A stretch of DNA of 64,000 nt from Eledone cirrhosa (GCA_964016885.1 OZ024761.1:13888001-13952000), one strand, 5' to 3'. Shown: positions 1 to 13,100, counted from the stretch's first letter. Made by a program: numbers and translations. Notes: a model not told the origin generated them from the letters alone.

Positions 1-294
1 CACTCGTATAGGACTATCTGGCAGGTTTTCTACGGCTGGATGCCCTTACTAACACCAACTACATTTACAATCATTTTACTGTGGCCATGTTGGGAGGCCT
101 CCATGATTTAGCCGATCATATTGACCCTACCACTTATTTGTTCCAGCCTAGTAACATATTTCATTGATCTGTAGATAAATCATACCTCCATTGTACATAG
201 AATATTTACAATGTACCATATATTTTGAATTGAGGGTTTGCAGCTTCAGTAGATAAGTTGCTCTGTGTGACTTATACATAAGTATATACAGTGT

Positions 295-340
<46 letters not shown>

Positions 341-407
341 ATAATAGAACACTGGTGGGTTATATCCATAGTTGTAGAGCACTCAGTCCATGGGATGAGT
401 TTGGGAG

Positions 408-572
408 AAGTAGTTCCATAACAGTTAGTTCACCATACCGAGAACAAATGTTTCACCTTATTCAGATCCTCAGCTCAGTAAAAAAAAAAAATTATTTTAG
501 ACTGAGCTGAGGATCCGAAAAAGGTGAAACATTTGTTCTCGGTATGGTGAACTAACTGTTGTGTTACTACTT
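408..572. repeat. Palindrome with ~70-bp arms; duplicated at about 959-1122
   Basis: aagtagt...ctcagctcagt, an A/T spacer, then actgagctgag...actactt. Segment 337-572 recurs at 904-1122. Confidence 0.9.
501..543 (+). ncRNA. Hammerhead-like motif; mirror copy on - strand at about 437-479, related copies at about 988-1030, 1052-1094 and 1998-2038
   Basis: ACUGAG CUGAGGA UCC-GAAAAA-GGU GAAA CAUUUG UU CUCGGU. Stem II is weak; the copy near 2025 has the palindromic CAAUUG in stem III. Confidence 0.6.
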
Positions 573-1121
573 ATATATATATGTGATAACAAGTTATCGT
601 TTTAGGTAATCTGCTCTATGAGTACTCTGTACTATGGATAGTTTTAACGTACAGCGTTGTTTGACTCAACAAGAGGTTTCCTTAGTTAGGTAGCGAGTTT
701 GCGAGAATTCACATGCAGGTTTTCCCATGATTTGATCAGAGACACACACTGTATTTAAGGTTGAGTGACGCAATTTTGAGTGATTAGCGGCCTTTAAACT
801 CACCTGATCAATAAAACAGTTGTTAATACTGTAAATAAAACCCTTTTTGTACAGCCGACCATGTTATTCTTCACTCTTTCACTACTATATATATATATAT
901 ATATAATAGTAGAACACTGTGGTAGTAGAGCACTCAGTCCATGGGATGAGTTTGGGAGAAGTAGTTCCATAACAGTTAGTTCACCATACTGAGAACAAAT
1001 GTTTCACCTTATTCAGATCCTCAGCTCAGTAAAAAAAAAAAATTATTTTAGACTGAGCTGAGGTTCTGAAAAAGGTGAAACATTTGTTCTCGGTATGGTG
1101 AACTAACTGTTGTGTTACTAC

Positions 1122-1152
<31 letters not shown>

Positions 1153-1159
<7 letters not shown>

Positions 1160-1573
1160 AAATAAATAAGTCAAATATTTAAAATTTGGCTTCGTTTATT
1201 ACTGCTATATATATTTCGGTGACAGCCATCTTTGGCTGTGACCTCTCCAGGCAGTCCGAATTGGTGTGGTAGAGATGGGTACACATGTTGTTGAGGTGTT
1301 TAACTCAGTCAATACTCCAATATTCCCAGTTCCTGGCTGGGTTGTTATTTCTCTGAGGAACTGGAATCCTCAGAGAAATAACAACCCAGCCAGGAACTGG
1401 GCATATCGGAGTATTGACGGAGTTAAACACCTCAACAACATGTGTACCCATCTCTACCACACCAATTCGGACTGCCTGGAGAGGTCACAGCCAAAGATGG
1501 CTGTCACCGAAATATATATAGCAGTAATAAATGAAGCCAAATTTTAAATATTTGACTTATTTATTTTATTTTA
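1153..1573. repeat. Long near-perfect palindrome (~205-bp arms), Penelope-like inverted terminal structure
   Basis: The arms are reverse complements around ...tctctgagga actggaa tcctcagaga...; each arm carries a hammerhead-like motif; flanked by (TA)n. Confidence 0.9.
1471..1525 (+). ncRNA. Hammerhead-like motif with variant core CUGGAGA; mirror copy on - strand at 1201-1255
   Basis: ACUGC CUGGAGA GGUCACAGCC-AAAGAU-GGCUGUCACC GAAA UAUAUA UA GCAGU. All stems are present; one core base deviates from CUGANGA. Confidence 0.7.
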
Positions 1574-2063
1574 CATTACTCTGGAGTAACCAAACCAACC
1601 TGCGCACTTCATCGTGTGCTCCAATCTTCGTACTGAGGTGTCGGTAAACAACCAACATATACTCAAAATTTATATATATATATATATATATAACGAATAA
1701 CTATCCTAAAGAGATTACGCAATAGTGATTGCCTAAACACGAGAAGTGAATTTTTCACACGTTGTCCACACGTCACCAAACATCTATTGCATAACTACAT
1801 GGCTCCGGACTGATTCTTTGTAATTTTATTTTTAATTCTTTTTATTTTATTTTCAACCTAAAAACTTTCCGGACTTTTGAAGTTATTTCCCTTACACCTC
1901 CCGCACGCAGTCTAGTATTGCCTGTGTGAAGTGACCGAGTTTCTGCGCCTGCGCGTTCATACGGTTGTCCTTCCTGTTCCTTATTACCATACACATCCCG
2001 AAATGAAGATCCGCGAAGGTGAAACAATTGTTCTCGGTATGGTGAACTAACTGTTGTGTAACC

Positions 2064-2100
<37 letters not shown>

Positions 2101-2232
2101 TCCCTCTCTCTCTCTCTATATATGAATGTATGTATAGTATATTTGGCAATATGGTGTATGCTTAATTAAAAACATTTATCAGTTTTAAAGTGATTATGTC
2201 ACTTACTTATTTTCGGCAAAGGCTGGGAGAGA

Positions 2233-2273
2233 GGCTGACAGCTGTTTCACGCTGTTTGGTGTTTATCAAAGCC
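2233..2273 (-). ncRNA. Degenerate hammerhead relic
   Basis: GGCU UUGAUAA ACAC..GCGU GAAA CAGCUG UC AGCC. It has two core substitutions, a palindromic stem III and a GUC triplet. Confidence 0.45.
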
Positions 2274-2936
2274 ACGCACTCGCATGCCTTTGCTGAAAAT
2301 TATAGAAGCTGGATTCTTATAGAATTCCAGTAATAATCAGGAGCTGATTACATATATATATATTTTCATTTCATTTCATTTCATTTTACGTCGGCTTTTT
2401 CCCTGCTTGCAAGGGTGGGACGGGAACTGATTCTGGCTTGATTTCTACAGCTGGATGCCCTTCCTAACACCAACCTCATTTACAGTGAGTGCTGGGTGCT
2501 TTTTTACTGTGGCACCTCCACGACCACTTTACAGTGCAATGATAGGAACCCCCGTCCTTATCATCTCATTTCTACAGCTGAGTAAACTGGAGCAATGTGA
2601 AATAAAGTGTCTTGCTCAAGGAAACGACACATCATATATATTGTTTAGTAAAATTAAGTCTTTAATGCGTTGAAACATCAGCGACCCACAGCAGACAGCC
2701 GAAGAGCGGTAATTGTCCTTATGTTTGTGTTTCTCTTACATTTTCTAAACAATATTTATTAGTAACCAGACAGCGCCTTTGTCACTTGTAATATTTATAT
2801 AGGATATGTAGGATTTCATATCTTATATCCAAATAAAGATTCCTTCTGATGAACGAATTTAGACACATCTGTTAGAATAGTCTAACTTGGTTAAACCTTG
2901 GGTAATGGAATAATTATATATATATATATATATATA

Positions 2937-3530
2937 TAAGAGGGAGACTAAGCATAAGAGGTATCAAATGTTGTGTTCTGGAGAGGAGATTGCATTGGTA
3001 TGGACATGTGATGCATATGAAGGACGACAGCTGTATAAAAAAGTGCACGGCAATGAAAATTGATGGAAGCTTCAGAGTGGGTAGACCAAGAAAAACCTGG
3101 GACGAGGTGATCAAAACTGACTTTGCCCACCTACACCTCTCTAAGACAGTGACACTGGATCGAGACCTTTGGCGCCATGCAGTTGTACAGAAGACCCGAC
3201 TACCATTGTATACAAACCTACAGTCAGTAGGCACCTCTTAACTCAATGTACACCCCACTGCCACACCCTACCCCATTCTCCCTCTCCTGTTCTGTCCACT
3301 GTGTCGATGACACAACAGTCCACACTGTAAGGTGGGCGTGTAGGAGACACGGTGAAAAGGCTCCCAGTCCACACTGTAAATGTGGTTGGTGTTAGGAAGG
3401 GCATCCATCTGTAAAAAAAAAAAAACCTGCCAGAGATGCTTCCGTGCGAGTGACACATGGTCAAATGGAACAAAACCGTCTAACCCATGCTAGCGTGGAA
3501 GATGGACGTTAAACGATGATGATAATGATG
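2937..3530 (+). mobile_element. RTE LINE 3' fragment
   Basis: WYGHVM and GRPRKTWDEV motifs, RTE 3' UTR and (GAT)n tail. Confidence 0.88.
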
Positions 3531-3728
3531 ATATATATATATGTTACTTGAAAATGTATTATATCGAAATAAACAAATAAATGATGTACATGAAATTCCA
3601 TTATAGTAAAGTTCACATTTTTCCTCAAACAAATATGCTGACAGTAAAGATAGCATGGATTAACAGACACAAATGCCATAGCTGTCAAAAATTCAACACA
3701 TATACACACATATATCTTTATTACTTAA

Positions 3729-4163
3729 CCCTTTAGCATTTACAATACTCTATATATGCTATTATATTTACTATTATATTTTCACAGTAAAGGCTTTATT
3801 TCACATAATTATGTCACATTATTTCAAATCTAGGCAGTGGATTGGCAGTATCGGTAGAGGGTTGGACGCCATGCTTTGGAGCATAGAGTTACGGCCCTTT
3901 ATGATCTGAGTTCAAATCCCGCCGAGGTTAACTTTGCCTTTCATCCTTACGGGGTCGATAAAATAAAGTACCAGTAATGCACTGGGATAATTGCTGGCCT
4001 TGTGCCTAAAGTAGAAACAATTATTTCAAATCTATGAGATTTTGATATTATTTATTTTGAGAACAATACCTTAACATCAGCATGAGAAGCCAGTTACAGC
4101 TGGTTTGAATAGAAAGAGGTGAAAGAATTGTGGCCGGATATGGCCGGTTTAAATGCTGAAGGG
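3729..4163. mobile_element. piggyBac-type MITE with nested SINE; related copies at about 21768-21923, 42528-42710, 47632-47736 and 49069-49480
   Basis: TTAA|CCCTTTAGCATTTA ... TAAATGCTGAAGGG|TTAA. Confidence 0.8.
3833..4022 (+). mobile_element. tRNA-derived SINE, family A; other copies at about 6757-6878, 7591-7770, 22620-22795, 29292-29542, 29562-29750, 42715-42800 and 50182-50366
   Basis: A-box-like tggcagtatcgg, B box gagttcaaatcc, conserved core gcctttcatccttacggggtcgataaaataaagtacc, and a 15-bp target-site duplication attatttcaaatcta. Confidence 0.88.
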
Positions 4164-4335
4164 TTAATTACATAAATATTTCACATGAAAATATAGCATC
4201 AAAACAGAAGAAAATATTTAGTTAAGACTGTGTCAATAGGTTACATAGAATAAAGTGTGCGGGAAGGTGATTTTGATAGGTTTTGAAGCAAGCCAACACA
4301 CTGGCAGTATTAACGCATGTGATAGGGAGGCCAAC

Positions 4336-4832
4336 GTGCTGGACCAAGGTGCTGGACCAAGGTGCTGGACCTAGGTGCTGGACCTAGGTGCTGGACCAAG
4401 GTGCTGGACCTAGGTGCTGGACCTAGGTGCTGGACCAAGGTGCTGGACCAAGGTGCTGGACCAAGGTGCTGGACCAAGGTGCTGGACCTAGGTGCTGGAC
4501 CTAGGTGCTGGACCTAGGTTCTGGACCTAGGTGCTGGACCTAGGTGCTGGACCTAGGTGCTGGACCAAGGTGCTGGACCTAGGTGCTGGACCAAGGTGCT
4601 GGACCTAGGTGCTGGACCTAGGTGCTGGACCTAGGTGCTGGACCTAGGTGCTGGACCTAGGTGCTGGACCAAGGTGCTGGACCTAGGTGCTGGACCTAGG
4701 TGCTGGACCAAGGTGCTGGACCTAGGTGCTGGACCAAGGTGCTGGACCAAGGTGCTGGACCTAGGTGCTGGACCTAGGTGCTGGACCTAGGTGCTGGACC
4801 TAGGTGCTGGACCAAGGTGCTGGACCAAGGTG
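4336..4832. repeat. 12-bp minisatellite (GGTGCTGGACC[A/T]A)n
   Basis: About 41 direct copies with an A/T variant position. Confidence 0.97.
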
Positions 4833-4882
4833 TGGGCATCACCTGATACCTTAGTAAACTTTTGACCAAATTGAACCCTCTC

Positions 4883-5603
4883 CATACACACACATGAACA
4901 TACACACAACACACACACAACACACACATGAACATACACACAACACACACAACACACACATAACACACATACGAACACACACACATGAACAATCACACAG
5001 CACACATACGAACACACACATACGAACACACACACATGAACATACACACAAACACACATACTCACACAAACACACACACAACACACACATGGACACACAC
5101 ACATGGACACACACACAACACACACATGAACACGACACACACACAAGACACAACACACACATGAACACACACACAACATTCACACACACACACACACACA
5201 GACACACAACACACACACACACACACAGACACACACACACACACACATGAACACATTCACCCACTCACACAGACACACACATTCACAGACACACATTCAC
5301 ACGCACATTCACACGCACATTCACACACACACACATTCACACACACAACACACACATGAACACACATTCACCCACTTACAGACACACATTCACAGACACA
5401 CACAGAAACACACAAAACACACATGAACACACACACACATGAACACACATGAACACATGCACACAGACACACACATTCAAACACACACACATTCACACAC
5501 AGACACACACAACACACACATGAACACACATTCACCCACACACATTCACATACAGACACACACAACACACACATTCACCCACACACACACACACATACAC
5601 ACA

Positions 5604-5644
<41 letters not shown>

Positions 5645-5875
5645 ACATTCACACATTCACACACAGACACACATTCACACACAGACACACATTCACACAC
5701 ATAACACACATTCACAGACACACAACACACATGAACACACATTCACCCACACACAACACAAACACACACAAACACACATATGAACACACATTCACCCACA
5801 CACAACACAAACACACACAAACACACACAGACACACACAGACACACACAGACACACACACAACACACATACACAA
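4883..5875. repeat. Degenerate (CA)n low-complexity tract
   Basis: Directly visible. Confidence 0.95.
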
Positions 5876-5985
5876 ATAGACACAAACATGAAAATACCAT
5901 CTGGATCTTTTTGTATAGAAAATATAATTTTCTGTTTGAATCAATAGAATTTTCTATAAAATCAATTGAAACCTGACCTGTTGAC

Positions 5986-6701
5986 TGCTCCACTCTCACC
6001 ACTCCACTCTCACCACTCCACTCTCACCGCTCCACTCTCACCGCTCCACTCTCACCGCTCCACTCTCACCGCTCCACTCTCACCGCACCACTCTCACCGC
6101 ACCACTCTCACCACTCTACTCTCACCACACCACTCTCACCGCTCCACTCTCACCATTTCACTCCACTCTCACCGCTCCACTCTCACCGCTCCACTCTCAC
6201 CGCTCCACTCTCACCGCTCCACTCTCACCGCTCCACTCTCACCGCTCCACCCTCACCGCTCCACCCTCACCGCTCCACTCTCACCACTCCACTCTCACCG
6301 CTCCACTCTCACCGCTCCACTCTCACCGCTCCACTCTCACCGCTCCACTCTCACCGCTCCACTCTCACCGCTCCACCCTCATCACTCCACCCTCATCACT
6401 CCACCCTCACCGCTCCACCCTCACCGCTCCACTCTCACCGCTCCACTCTCACCGCTCCACTCTCACCACTCCACTCTCACCACTCCACTCTCACCGCTCC
6501 ACTCTCACCGCTCCACTCTCACCGCTCCACTCTCACCACTCCACTCTCACCACTCCACTCTCACCACTCCACTCTCACCACTCCACTCTCACCGCTCCAC
6601 CCTCACCACTCCACTCTCACCGCTCCACTCTCACCACTCCACTCTCACCACACCACTCTCACCACACCACTCTCACCGCTCCACTCTCACCGCTCCACTC
6701 T
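5986..6701. repeat. 14-bp minisatellite (CTCCACTCTCACCG)n
   Basis: Directly visible tandem copies. Confidence 0.96.
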
Positions 6702-8177
6702 GATAGACAATATCCGTATATTTAACAGCTTGCAAAATAGAACAGAATTATTTGCCATTCTGAGTTCAAATCCTGCCGAGGTTGACTTTGCCTTTCATCC
6801 TTACGGGGTCGATAAAATAAAGTACCAGTAATGCACTGGGGTAATTGCTGGCCTTGTGCCTAAAGTAGAAACAATTATTTGATAAGACTGACGTAAATCA
6901 GAGGTTCTTAAACTTTTTGGGCCCTCTCATGGCCACATAATACCCTCGGCACCCCTGAATCCTATTTCCAGAGAGATTGTTGCCTCTCCATCCCACTTCT
7001 TCCTTTCCTTTCGTTGTTTAATTTCTTTCATTTTCCTTTTTTTTTTTTCCTTCTATTCATTCGGAAACTATTTTCGAATAAAAATAAAAATAAATTGGAA
7101 AAAAAGTTGTTGTGAGGGATCTCATTCTGACACTTTGCCTATAAATGTGCCTATAAATGTGCCTATGTATCTAGGATCCCGTAACCCTTGATAGAGTCAT
7201 AGGAGCACTGTATTGACATACAGCGTCTCTTGGGCAGTTTAAGCGTGGTGGAGCCCATCCCTCTCCAGGCCTGAGTACAGCAGATTTCTTCCAGATAAAG
7301 ATAGAAAGTTGGAGAGAGGAAATGAGAAAGGTATAGAAGAAGAATTGACCCCAGTATTAGACTGGTACTTTTTTTTTTATTGACCTGGAAAAGATGAAAG
7401 GCAAAGTTGACCTCGGCGGAATTTGAACTCTGAGTGCAGAGAGCTGGAACAAATCCCAGTAAGCATTCTATCCGATGTTTTAACAAATAAATATGCCTAT
7501 AAATGTGCGCAAATAATTATCAAAGTTTGCTAACTTGTTCATAACTGAATTCAAATCCCATTGGGGTTCCATCCACACTAAACAAATAACTGTTTCTACT
7601 TTAGGCACAAGGCCAGCAATTACTCAGTGCATTACTGGTACTTTATTTTATCGACCCCCGTAAGGATGAAAGGCAAAGTCAACCTTGACGGGATTTGAAC
7701 TCGGATCGTAAAGGGACGTAACTATGCTGGAAAGCATGGTGTCTGACCCTCTACTGATACTGCCAATCCACCACACTAAACAAATAACATTTATTGAAAA
7801 GGGGCTTTCATGATGAGAGAAAAATTAACATTCTTCCTCAGTCTGAAAAAAAAAAAAAAAATTATATTCATTTGATTTAACAAATATAGTAATATTTGTT
7901 TTGTTGGATTAAAGGAAAGAGATTATTTTAATATACTCTGTAGTTTTCCACTTTTACCTTTTACCTGTAATCTTCAGTTTGTAATGGAACTTTACCTTGA
8001 TTTATAACTGTGTGTGTCTGTGTGGGGGCATGGTATCTGAGTACATGGTTAGCTTACTGGGATTGAGAGGTCCCTTGTTCTTGTTATAACATCAGTCTAA
8101 GAGAAGGAAAACTCTCATGTAAAACCTGAAACTAGATAGCAGAATTTTCATTACCATTATATATATACATATATATC

Positions 8178-8518
8178 ATTTCATTCATTCATTTCATTTT
8201 ACGTCCACTTTTTCCCTGCTTGCAAGGGTGGGACGGGAACTGATTCTGATTTGATTTCTACAGCTGGATGCCCTTCCTAACACCAACCTCATTTACAGTG
8301 AGTGCTGGGTGCTTTTTTGCCGTGGCACCTCCATGACCACTTTGCAGTGGAATGATAGGGACCCCAGTCCCTATCATCTCATTTCTACAGCTGAGTAAAC
8401 TGGAGCAATGTGAAATAAAGTGTCTTGTTCAAGGAAACAACACATCACCCGGTCTGAGAATTGAACTCACAACCTTTCGATTGCAAGGCCAATGCTCTAA
8501 CCACTAAGCCATGTGCCT

Positions 8519-8521
<3 letters not shown>
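8178..8521 (-). mobile_element. tRNA-derived SINE, family B (CORE-like) with RTE-derived 3' tail; copies at 2365-2632 and 27596-27919, related heads at 14141-14270 and 20025-20228
   Basis: Head tggcttagtggttagag...gagttcaattc, core ccttgagcaagacacttt, and a tail shared with the RTE 3' UTR (ggaagggcatccagctgtagaaa...ggacgtaaaatg). Confidence 0.87.
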
Positions 8522-8570
<49 letters not shown>

Positions 8571-8579
8571 GTGTGTGTA

Positions 8580-8866
8580 TAAGAGGGATAAATTGTTGCG
8601 TGCGAGAGAGACTGTGATGGTATGGACATGTGATGCGCATGGAGGATGACTGCTGGGTAAAGAAGTGCCAAGAAATCCCAGTAGAAGGAAGACGCAGTAG
8701 AGGAAGACCACGAAAAGCATGGGCGGAGGTGGTGAGAGCAGACCTCAGATTGCTGAAGCTCATGGTGGAGATGACGAAGGACCGTGACAAGTGGAGAGAT
8801 GCTGTGCTAAATAGGAGCCACCCCACCCATGCAAGCAGGGAAAAGCGGATGTAAGATGATGATGAT
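8580..8866 (+). mobile_element. RTE LINE 3' fragment
   Basis: RGRPRKAW motif; similar to 17190-17480. Confidence 0.88.
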
Positions 8867-9171
8867 GTATGTGTGTGTGTGCCTTAATCTGCCTGTGTTT
8901 TCTCATTGACAACATCTAAAAATATGTGGTGGCATTTGTTTATGTCCTACATTAAAATGTGTCTCCCTGCAGTCAAGCAGTTTCATGTTTGAAGATCAGT
9001 GGAATAAGTATACTATATCATCATCACCACCATCACCATCATCATTATCACCATTGTTCTTTTACATTGGTTTTTCCATGTTTACATGGGTTGGACATGT
9101 CTTTTCCAACACAGCACCCCTCAACTCATTGCAATCCTTCATCATCTTAAATTGTGTATACATTTATTTGG

Positions 9172-9970
9172 GGCACCCAGCCCACACTGTAAAGTGGTCA
9201 TGTAGGAGTCACAGCAAAAAGCACCCAGTCTACACTATAAATGTGGTCATGTAGGTGTCATGACGAAAAGGACCCAATTGACACTGTAAAGTGGTTGTGT
9301 AGGAGTCACAGCAAAAAGCACCCAGTCTACACTATAAATGTGGTCATGTAGGTGTCATGACGAAAAGGACCCAATTGACACTGTAAAGTGGTTGTGTAGG
9401 AGTCACAGCAAAAAGCACCCAGTCTACACTATAAATGTGGTCATGTAGGTGTCATGACGAAAAGGACCCAATTGACACTGTAAAGTGGTCGTGTAGGTGT
9501 CATGACGAAAAGGACCCAATTGACACTGTAAAGTGGTTGTGTAGGAGTCACAGCAAAAAGCACCCAGTCTACACTATAAATGTGGTCATGTAGGTGTCAT
9601 GACGAAAAGGACCCAATTGACACTGTAAAGTGGTTGTGTAGGAGTCACAGCAAAAAGCACCCAGTCTACACTATAAATGTGGTCATGTAGGTGTCATGAC
9701 GAAAAGGACCCAATTGACACTGTAAAGTGGTCGTGTAGGTGTCATGACGAAAAGGACCCAATTGACACTCTAAAGTGGTCGTGTAGGAGTCACAGCAAAA
9801 AGCACCCAGTACTCACTATAAATGTGTTGGCGTTAGGAAGGGCATCCAGCTGTAGAAACCAAGCCAAAATCGGTTCTGTATGAGCAAGACACAGTCATCT
9901 GACCCGACATTGATCACAACAAATGACTCGTCTAATGGCCGTTAAACAGTGATAATGATGATGATGATGA
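9172..9970 (+). repeat. 48/49-bp tandem expansion within an RTE 3' UTR
   Basis: Alternating units acactgtaaagtgg..gcaaaaagcacccagtct and acactataaatgtgg..gacgaaaaggacccaattg, followed by the RTE tail. Confidence 0.9.
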
Positions 9971-10094
9971 CTCAGTCGATCAGTGCATCAGTATTTATTA
10001 TCTTGAAAGTGTCATTTGTCTTGTTCTTTTTTTAATCATTTGATAACATGTATCTTTTTGTTAGTTAGCAACCCACTATTAAACTTTATATATT

Positions 10095-10134
<40 letters not shown>

Positions 10135-10163
10135 CATTTATATATATATATATATATATATAC

Positions 10164-13100
10164 ATAAAAACAAATAACGAAACGAAATTAAATTTCGTTT
10201 CGTTTGTAACTCACTTTTGTATGACTGACGCTTAAACAATTAAGTTAAAGATGTACATCCATATATGTATACTGAAATACTAGTATGTATATGAATACAC
10301 ACACGTATACATATGTAGATGTACCAAGTTTTTTCACTGGTCACTTTACTGTGAGTGGCCAGCTATTCTGTATGTAAACACACAGACAAACCGGTTTTTA
10401 GAGTCATACTGGTTTTTGAGGAAACACCTTTCCTCTATTCTCCAGAAAGCCAGACAAGGAATATTGAACTAGTTTCGTTGTTGTTACAACTCATCAGCAA
10501 TATTTACCCATCTTCCGGCCTCTCTAGAGAATCGTAAAAGCACATATCGTTATATGCTTTTTCTATGAAAATTAGTAGTGGGCAGACTAATTTGCATAGA
10601 GTGTGAGTAAGTACCGGTTCAACGGAGACGATAAAAACAAATAACGAAACGAAATTAAATTTCGTTTCGTTTGTAACTCACTTTTGTATGACTGACGCTT
10701 AAACAATTAAGTTAAAGATGTACATCCATATATGTATACTGAAATACTAGTATGTATATGAATACACACACGTATACATATGTAGATGTACCAAGTTTTT
10801 TCACTGGTCACTTTACTGTGAGTGGCCAGCTATTCTGTATGTAAACACACAGACAAACCGGTTTTTAGAGTCATACTGGTTTTTGAGGAAACACCTTTCC
10901 TCTATTCTCCAGAAAGCCAGACAAGGAATATTGAACTAGTTTCGTTGTTGTTACAACTCATCAGCAATATTTACCCATCTTCCGGCCTCTCTAGAGAATC
11001 GTAAAAGCACATATCGTTATATGCTTTTTCTATGAAAATTAGTAGTGGGCAGACTAATTTGCATAGAGTGTGAGTAAGTACCGGTTCAACGGAGACGATA
11101 AAAACAAATAACGAAACGAAATTAAATTTCGTTTCGTTTGTAACTCACTTTTGTATGACTGACGCTTAAACAATTAAGTTAAAGATGTACATCCATATAT
11201 GTATACTGAAATACTAGTATGTATATGAATACACACACGTATACATATGTAGATGTACCAAGTTTTTTCACTGGTCACTTTACTGTGAGTGGCCAGCTAT
11301 TCTGTATGTAAACACACAGACAAACCGGTTTTTAGAGTCATACTGGTTTTTGAGGAAACACCTTTCCTCTATTCTCCAGAAAGCCAGACAAGGAATATTG
11401 AACTAGTTTCGTTGTTGTTACAACTCATCAGCAATATTTACCCATCTTCCGGCCTCTCTAGAGAATCGTAAAAGCACATATCGTTATATGCTTTTTCTAT
11501 GAAAATTAGTAGTGGGCAGACTAATTTGCATAGAGTGTGAGTAAGTACCGGTTCAACGGAGACGATAAAAACAAATAACGAAACGAAATTAAATTTCGTT
11601 TCGTTTGTAACTCACTTTTGTATGACTGACGCTTAAACAATTAAGTTAAAGATGTACATCCATATATGTATACTGAAATACTAGTATGTATATGAATACA
11701 CACACGTATACATATGTAGATGTACCAAGTTTTTTCACTGGTCACTTTACTGTGAGTGGCCAGCTATTCTGTATGTAAACACACAGACAAACCGGTTTTT
11801 AGAGTCATACTGGTTTTTGAGGAAACACCTTTCCTCTATTCTCCAGAAAGCCAGACAAGGAATATTGAACTAGTTTCGTTGTTGTTACAACTCATCAGCA
11901 ATATTTACCCATCTTCCGGCCTCTCTAGAGAATCGTAAAAGCACATATCGTTATATGCTTTTTCTATGAAAATTAGTAGTGGGCAGACTAATTTGCATAG
12001 AGTGTGAGTAAGTACCGGTTCAACGGAGACGATAAAAACAAATAACGAAACGAAATTAAATTTCGTTTCGTTTGTAACTCACTTTTGTATGACTGACGCT
12101 TAAACAATTAAGTTAAAGATGTACATCCATATATGTATACTGAAATACTAGTATGTATATGAATACACACACGTATACATATGTAGATGTACCAAGTTTT
12201 TTCACTGGTCACTTTACTGTGAGTGGCCAGCTATTCTGTATGTAAACACACAGACAAACCGGTTTTTAGAGTCATACTGGTTTTTGAGGAAACACCTTTC
12301 CTCTATTCTCCAGAAAGCCAGACAAGGAATATTGAACTAGTTTCGTTGTTGTTACAACTCATCAGCAATATTTACCCATCTTCCGGCCTCTCTAGAGAAT
12401 CGTAAAAGCACATATCGTTATATGCTTTTTCTATGAAAATTAGTAGTGGGCAGACTAATTTGCATAGAGTGTGAGTAAGTACCGGTTCAACGGAGACGAT
12501 AAAAACAAATAACGAAACGAAATTAAATTTCGTTTCGTTTGTAACTCACTTTTGTATGACTGACGCTTAAACAATTAAGTTAAAGATGTACATCCATATA
12601 TGTATACTGAAATACTAGTATGTATATGAATACACACACGTATACATATGTAGATGTACCAAGTTTTTTCACTGGTCACTTTACTGTGAGTGGCCAGCTA
12701 TTCTGTATGTAAACACACAGACAAACCGGTTTTTAGAGTCATACTGGTTTTTGAGGAAACACCTTTCCTCTATTCTCCAGAAAGCCAGACAAGGAATATT
12801 GAACTAGTTTCGTTGTTGTTACAACTCATCAGCAATATTTACCCATCTTCCGGCCTCTCTAGAGAATCGTAAAAGCACATATCGTTATATGCTTTTTCTA
12901 TGAAAATTAGTAGTGGGCAGACTAATTTGCATAGAGTGTGAGTAAGTACCGGTTCAACGGAGACGATAAAAACAAATAACGAAACGAAATTAAATTTCGT
13001 TTCGTTTGTAACTCACTTTTGTATGACTGACGCTTAAACAATTAAGTTAAAGATGTACATCCATATATGTATACTGAAATACTAGTATGTATATGAATAC

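Noticed and set aside
10590-10597. Octamer motif ATTTGCAT suggesting an snRNA gene array
   Set aside because: No U snRNA, 5S or tRNA sequence is recognisable in the unit, and the motif lies in a hairpin arm.
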